A DNA stretch of 64,000 nucleotides from Oscillospiraceae bacterium. Lineage in GTDB: Bacteria > Bacillota > Clostridia > UBA1212. A program made the position numbers and the translations under genes. Location of the stretch: positions 76,989-140,988 of the forward strand of contig SVJA01000004.1 of the NCBI GenBank assembly GCA_015069195.1. The letters are read 5' to 3'. Shown in pieces: positions 59,074-64,000 of the stretch; position 1 is the first letter of the stretch; each line of letters opens with the position of its first letter. Under the pieces are notes generated by a model, which saw nothing but the letters and a program-made list of their open reading frames with translations, had not been told where the DNA came from and searched no databases.

Positions 59074-62000
59074 TTATTTAAGTGCATTAAGAAGAGCCAT
59101 AACATCAAGAATACTGAGGTTTCCGGAAGTTTTTCCTGAATGCTCGAATGCAGCATCTTTGTGCGCTCCGGCAAGTTTTGAAGTGCCGAGTACATCTGCC
59201 ATAACCGCACTTGCATCAGCTTGTGTAACATCGCCGTCACCATTGACATCGCCTTTGATTACAACTGTATATGTCTTTGTACCTGCGGTAACAATCATAC
59301 CTGTGCCGAGCTTTGTTGTATCTGCTACTGTCTCACCGTCTTTAGTGATTGTTACAGATGCTGTGCTGAGTGATGATTTAAGTTCTGCGATAACATCAGA
59401 TGCCTTTCCGCCGCGTTCGACAAATACGGAAGATTTTCCTGAAGATGCGCCTGTGCCTACTTTGTCAACTACTGACGTAGTCGGAGTTGCGATCTTCTTA
59501 AATGTAGCAGTAACAGTAGAAGTTGCCTTTACAGTAAATGTGGTACCTGAAATCGCGGTACCATTTACAAGGATCTGATTAAGCTCGTAACCTGTGTTAG
59601 GCGTAGCTGTAACTGTAATCGTTGTACCATAGTCAACTGTACCTGTCTTACTGAGTGTAACTTTACCATTGGAAACTGTACCTACAGAAACTGAGTATGT
59701 GAGTTTTGTAAATGTAGCAGTAACAGTGGAAGCCTTTGTTACAGTAAATGTGGTACCTGAGATAGCAGTGCCGTTTACAAGAATCTGGTTAAGCTTGTAT
59801 CCTGTAGCCGGAGTTGCAGTAACGGTAATTGTCGTGTTGTAATCAACATTTCCTGTCTTGGAAAGTGTAACAGTACCGTTTGATACAGTACCTACAGAAA
59901 CCGCATACTGGATTTTTGCAAATGTGACAACAACGGTTGTAGCTTTTGCAGGCATTGTCAAAGTGTAAGTAGCAGCAGCTCCGCTGTTTGTAACAGTAAC
60001 CGCGGTACCGTTTACTTTGATAGAAGAAACTTTATAGCCTGTAGAAGGTGTAACGGTATAAGTTACGGACGCTCCTGATTTACCTGTAATCGATGTGCTG
60101 CCGTTGCTGAATTTGACAGTACCGCTGCCGCTTGAAACAGATGCCGTAGCAGTGTATGTCGCTTCAGAAATCGTAAAGCTGTAAGATGTAGCAGATGCAT
60201 CAAACATAACATTTCCTATGTATGAATTTTCAACTAAGCCTGATGCGTCATAAGCTATCCAAGCTACATATTCTCCTGCGGGGAGGTTCTTTCCTGCCAT
60301 CGGACCACCTGATGCACCTGCAGGGAATGTAAGTGAACCGCTCGTGCCTGTTGTAGCTGCCCACATCTGTGAATCTACAGAACCGGGTTTTTCTCCTTTT
60401 TTATAAATACCTATGAAAGGAATCTGTTTCTGTGCAACAGAGCCATAGCTTCCGAGACCGGAGTAATTCAAAACGATGCTTTCACCGATAGTGTAAGCAG
60501 TCTTATTTGTAGTTACTTTCGGTGCAGACGGAGCTGCTGTGAGGAATCGTATTGAACGGATATAAATAGTTGTGTCTTTAGCTACTGTTTCATTGAAGTA
60601 GTCAAGTCTTATGCTGTTAACTTCACCTTTCCAATTTGAAAGAGCAGAGAGGTTAATAACATAATCATGCCACAAACCGTCATTATTCCATGTTATTGCG
60701 GTTGCGCAGTCTTCCGTAGCACCTTCAATACTGCCTGCAGAAAGATAAAGTCTTGCCTTTGTTATACTTGAAGTGGTCTGCGCTGTGATAATCATGTACT
60801 TGTAATCAGTTGCATTAAGTGAACCGAGCACATTGAAGTCCATGTTGAACCAAGGATCATTTGATGCAGTTGATTTTGCTACCATACACAAATCGCCCTT
60901 AGGAGATGTTCCGAGTGAAATATTTGAATCATTTGTATTTGATTTTAATACCCATTCTACTGCTGCCGGAGTATCAAACACGATGTCGCTCTCCGGTATT
61001 GTATTTGCATTTATATATTTAGCATAGGACGTATGTACAGAAACATATGCATATTGGCCTTTGTATATAATTTTTGCCCAATAAGTGTCCACTATTTCAA
61101 GTGCTGTGATACGTGTTCCGTTCGGAATTTCTGCGAGGACAGTACCTGTAGTAGGAGCAGTTCTTACACTCATAACACCATCTGAACTTGCAATTTCATA
61201 AACACCTTTTTCATAATTGTTTTTCGCAAATGTAACTTCGATTACTGTATTTTTCGCAGGCATTGTGAACTGATAAACATAGTCACCGCCGTTGTTTTTG
61301 ATAGTAACTGCAGTACCGTTCACCTTGATTGAAGAAGCTATGTAACCTGTTGCCGGAGTAACCTGGTAGTTTACTGTCTGACCTACTGTGGCAGTAGCAG
61401 AAGTTACATTATCTCCGAAGTGAACGCTGCCGCTACCGCTTATAACTTTTGCTGTAGTAGTGTAAAGAATTTTTTCAAATGTAACGGAAACAGTTGTAGC
61501 CTTTGCCGGCATAGTAAACTGATAAACGCAATCAGCTCCGCCGTTCTGGATTGTAACAGAAGTTCCGTTCACAAGAATCTTAGATACTTTATAGCCTGCT
61601 GCAGGTGTTGTCTGGTAATTTACTGTCTGACCTACTGTAGCAGTCGTAGAAGTCACATTGTTTCCGAAGTGAACGCTGCCGCTACCGCCTGCAACTTCTG
61701 TCTTTAAGGTGTATGCCGATGCTCCTATTGTGAAATAGCAATACGCGCTCGAACTTGCAAACATAGCATTATTAAGGTTTGCCGAAGATGCTGAGCCCTT
61801 TCCGTCATAAGCAATCCACATCATATATTCGCCTGCAGTAAGACCTGCACTTGTAAGTCCGCCGCCCGCATTTGCTCCTGACGGGAATGAAATCGAACCG
61901 CTTGTTCCGGTTGTAGCAGCCCAATACAAAGAACCTACTGATCCGGGCTTCTGTCCTTTTTTGTAAAGACCTACAAATGGAACAGCATTCTGAATAGGTG

Positions 62001-63672
62001 AAGTGTAGCTTCCGAGTCCGGAGTAGCTTACAGTAATGCTTTCACCCTCGGTATACGTAGTCTTGTTTGTTGTAACTTTCGGTGAAGACGGAGCATCTGT
62101 GAGAAATCTGATGGAACGCAAGTAGAGTGTAGCTCCTGATGCAGTATCTCCATCAAAATAATCAAATCTTATATTGTTAAGATTTCCTTTCCATGTGGAA
62201 AGACTTGAAAGGTTTATAACATAATCGTGCCACAGACCATCATTTGTCCACTGCCATGAAGCGGCACAGTTTTCTGTAGCGCTTGTAATGGAACCGGGGC
62301 AAAGGTACATCTTTGCATTTTTGTTAGCTGCAGATGTTTTTGCCGTTACTATCATATATTTGTAATCTGTTGCACTGAGTGTTCCGAGAACACCGAAATT
62401 CATATTGAATGAAGGATCGTTTGAGGCAGAAGATGTCTTTACCACCATGGCCTTGTCCCCTGACGGACAAGTTCCGAGTGAAACAGATGTAGCATTAGTT
62501 CCTGAAGAACTTACCCATGAAACAGGGTTGCTTGTATCAAAAACGATATCACTTTCGGGAACCGTATTCGTATTTATTTTCTTTGCATATGAAGTTTCTA
62601 TGGATGCATATGCAATCTGACCTTTGTAAACAATCTTTGCCCAATTGGTATTTGTGATTGCTATCGCTGTGAGACGTGTGCCTGCCAGTACCGTTGCGAG
62701 AACAGTACCGTTAACCGGAGCCGATCTGATATTCAGTCCGTTGGAACTTGTAACTTCATAAACACCTGTTGTGTAAGTTGTTTGTACTTGTTTGAATTTT
62801 ACTACAACGCCTATCGGACCGTTTGGCATAGTGAACTGGTATACACAGTCTCCGCCGCCGTTTTTGATTTCAAATGCCGTACCGCCGACAACAATTTCAG
62901 ATGTTGTCCAACCGCTTGCAGGAGTAACCTGGAAGTTTACAGTAGTACCTTGTGAAACCTGTGCAGATGTGACTCCGTTACCGAAGTGAACCGTACCGCT
63001 GCCGCTTGCTACAGATGCTGTCAATGCATATGTAGTCGTAGGATTAGGCTTCGTAGAAGACATCAGACAGTACCAGTCAACAGTAGACAAAGATTTAGAG
63101 TTGAGCTGTGCTGCCGTAAGCCATGTGCCGTAAGGATATGTACCTCTGTTTGTTACGTTTGCCGCAGAGTCATATACAAGATACTGACCGGTAGATCTAT
63201 TATAACCACAGAAGGCCATAAAGTGATTAGGCACGTGTACGATAGCAACACCACCGTTTTCGAGATGTGCTTCAAGCTTACCGCTTGTCGGAAGTTTGCT
63301 CCAAGTAAGATCTGTAATCGTAAAACCATAAGTAGGACCGTATGTAGTGGAAAGCGCAGGGTAGAGTGTATTTCTCATAGTACCCTGACCGTAAGAACCG
63401 TTAAAATGGTTGTTCTGGTATGCCCATTGACCGAGTGTAACAGGATTAATGAAATTTCCTGTGAGGTAGTTTATAGCATTTACTGCGGATAAGATACCGC
63501 AACCTGATGCAGCCATAGTCCAGTTACCAACATAGGTACCGCCCCATCTTGAGTCGCCCTGCTGATAACAAGTGGGTGCTGCTTGTGACTCGACGGGCTT
63601 GCTTGTTACCAAACCGACAGATGTCACGAGTAATGCAAATGCCAAAATGAAACTGAAAATACGTTTCGTCAT
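59074..63672 (-). CDS. secreted modular protein C: C39-like peptidase, 2 SH3b, 2 CBM-like, several InlB-B-like repeats, dockerin-like C-terminus
   Basis: MTKRI signal peptide; YQQGDSRW..GCGILS..HFM..DSA; LNIRSAP; GDVNGDGDVTQAD; start uncertain (track 63762). Confidence 0.8.
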   Translation of the reverse strand: MTKRIFSFILAFALLVTSVGLVTSKPVESQAAPTCYQQGDSRWGGTYVGNWTMAASGCGILSAVNAINYLTGNFINPVTLGQWAYQNNHFNGSYGQGTMRNTLYPALSTTYGPTYGFTITDLTWSKLPTSGKLEAHLENGGVAIVHVPNHFMAFCGYNRSTGQYLVYDSAANVTNRGTYPYGTWLTAAQLNSKSLSTVDWYCLMSSTKPNPTTTYALTASVASGSGTVHFGNGVTSAQVSQGTTVNFQVTPASGWTTSEIVVGGTAFEIKNGGGDCVYQFTMPNGPIGVVVKFKQVQTTYTTGVYEVTSSNGLNIRSAPVNGTVLATVLAGTRLTAIAITNTNWAKIVYKGQIAYASIETSYAKKINTNTVPESDIVFDTSNPVSWVSSSGTNATSVSLGTCPSGDKAMVVKTSSASNDPSFNMNFGVLGTLSATDYKYMIVTAKTSAANKNAKMYLCPGSITSATENCAASWQWTNDGLWHDYVINLSSLSTWKGNLNNIRFDYFDGDTASGATLYLRSIRFLTDAPSSPKVTTNKTTYTEGESITVSYSGLGSYTSPIQNAVPFVGLYKKGQKPGSVGSLYWAATTGTSGSISFPSGANAGGGLTSAGLTAGEYMMWIAYDGKGSASSANLNNAMFASSSAYCYFTIGASAYTLKTEVAGGSGSVHFGNNVTSTTATVGQTVNYQTTPAAGYKVSKILVNGTSVTIQNGGADCVYQFTMPAKATTVSVTFEKILYTTTAKVISGSGSVHFGDNVTSATATVGQTVNYQVTPATGYIASSIKVNGTAVTIKNNGGDYVYQFTMPAKNTVIEVTFAKNNYEKGVYEIASSDGVMSVRTAPTTGTVLAEIPNGTRITALEIVDTYWAKIIYKGQYAYVSVHTSYAKYINANTIPESDIVFDTPAAVEWVLKSNTNDSNISLGTSPKGDLCMVAKSTASNDPWFNMDFNVLGSLNATDYKYMIITAQTTSSITKARLYLSAGSIEGATEDCATAITWNNDGLWHDYVINLSALSNWKGEVNSIRLDYFNETVAKDTTIYIRSIRFLTAAPSAPKVTTNKTAYTIGESIVLNYSGLGSYGSVAQKQIPFIGIYKKGEKPGSVDSQMWAATTGTSGSLTFPAGASGGPMAGKNLPAGEYVAWIAYDASGLVENSYIGNVMFDASATSYSFTISEATYTATASVSSGSGTVKFSNGSTSITGKSGASVTYTVTPSTGYKVSSIKVNGTAVTVTNSGAAATYTLTMPAKATTVVVTFAKIQYAVSVGTVSNGTVTLSKTGNVDYNTTITVTATPATGYKLNQILVNGTAISGTTFTVTKASTVTATFTKLTYSVSVGTVSNGKVTLSKTGTVDYGTTITVTATPNTGYELNQILVNGTAISGTTFTVKATSTVTATFKKIATPTTSVVDKVGTGASSGKSSVFVERGGKASDVIAELKSSLSTASVTITKDGETVADTTKLGTGMIVTAGTKTYTVVIKGDVNGDGDVTQADASAVMADVLGTSKLAGAHKDAAFEHSGKTSGNLSILDVMALLNALK
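59500..59919 (-). repeat. intragenic tandem duplication, 210-bp period
   Basis: AAATGTAGCAGTAACAGT at 59500 and 59710; near-identical 70-aa repeats. Confidence 0.8.
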
Positions 63673-63786
63673 GTGAATATGAAATCTTTGCCGGGACATT
63701 AAAAACCCGCAACGAAAGACTTCTGCCTCCTTTCTGATGCGTTGAAATAAATCAATATACAATAAAAAACATCATATCTAACACAG

Positions 63787-63815
63787 ATGATAACATATTG
63801 AAAAATTGCGGTCAA
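63787..63815 (-). promoter_or_regulatory. sigmaA-like promoter of gene C
   Basis: TTGACC-N17-TATCAT with extended TG. Confidence 0.55.
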
Positions 63816-63882
63816 TGGTGAAAAGGCTTTGTTAACAGAAAGTTATTTTGTTGTATTGTAAGGATTTCGTGAGGCTGGCAAT

Positions 63883-63912
63883 AAAAAACCTCGGCAACTT
63901 TTGTTGCCGAGG
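63883..63912 (-). terminator. terminator of an upstream - strand gene
   Basis: CCTCGGCAAC-TTTT-GTTGCCGAGG flanked by A runs. Confidence 0.75.
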
Positions 63913-63953
63913 GAAAAAAACAAACCTTTTCAGTTTTGATTTTTGATTTTTGA

Positions 63954-63998
63954 TTAGTATTTGCCGTTAACAAAAGATGTACGAGAACCTGTTGCATA
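63954..63998 (-). CDS. probable 3' end of a gene running in from beyond the window (..YATGSRTSFVNGKY*)
   Basis: open frame to the window edge, with a stop followed by a terminator. Confidence 0.35.
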   Translation of the reverse strand, partial: YATGSRTSFVNGKY

Positions 63999-64000
63999 AG

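Noticed and set aside
53262-63672. Diversity-generating retroelement among the paralog repeats
   Set aside because: No reverse transcriptase; repeats are in-frame coding and the differences are not adenine-specific
53262-63672. Cellulosome gene cluster
   Set aside because: No cohesin/scaffoldin and no glycoside hydrolase catalytic domains on these dockerin-like proteins

Overview
64 kb chromosomal window from a low-GC, spore-forming Firmicute (Clostridia-type). Core genes: polC, sigK, cdd, feoAB, purC, rny, smpB-ssrA, cysK, the rpsB-tsf-pyrH-frr-uppS-cdsA-dxr-rseP-ispG block (- strand), yabP-yabQ-divIC-S1, spoVB, carD and pyk. There are two accessory envelope loci. (i) A sortase-dependent pilus operon (7.6-16.3 kb) with a CHAP domain and a second sortase that both lack their catalytic residues. 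(ii) Four secreted C39-like cysteine peptidases (51.7-63.7 kb), three of them modular paralogs ending in a dockerin-like domain. Most striking observation: all three paralogs have a near-perfect Shine-Dalgarno separated from the conserved M[ST]KRI start by a sequence-divergent RNA hairpin, and each also has an SD-proximal UUG opening an out-of-frame ORF. This suggests a shared non-canonical translation initiation or control mechanism. Also notable: PolC lacking its 3'-5' exonuclease insert, a Cys-to-Ser VanW, a skin-less SigK with an atypical pro-sequence, a 79-bp tandem repeat of nested palindromes, and a probable ~31 kb inversion separating ispG from polC. No CRISPR array, integrase, transposase, rRNA or tRNA was seen. 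All domain calls are by eye from motifs; no database search was run.
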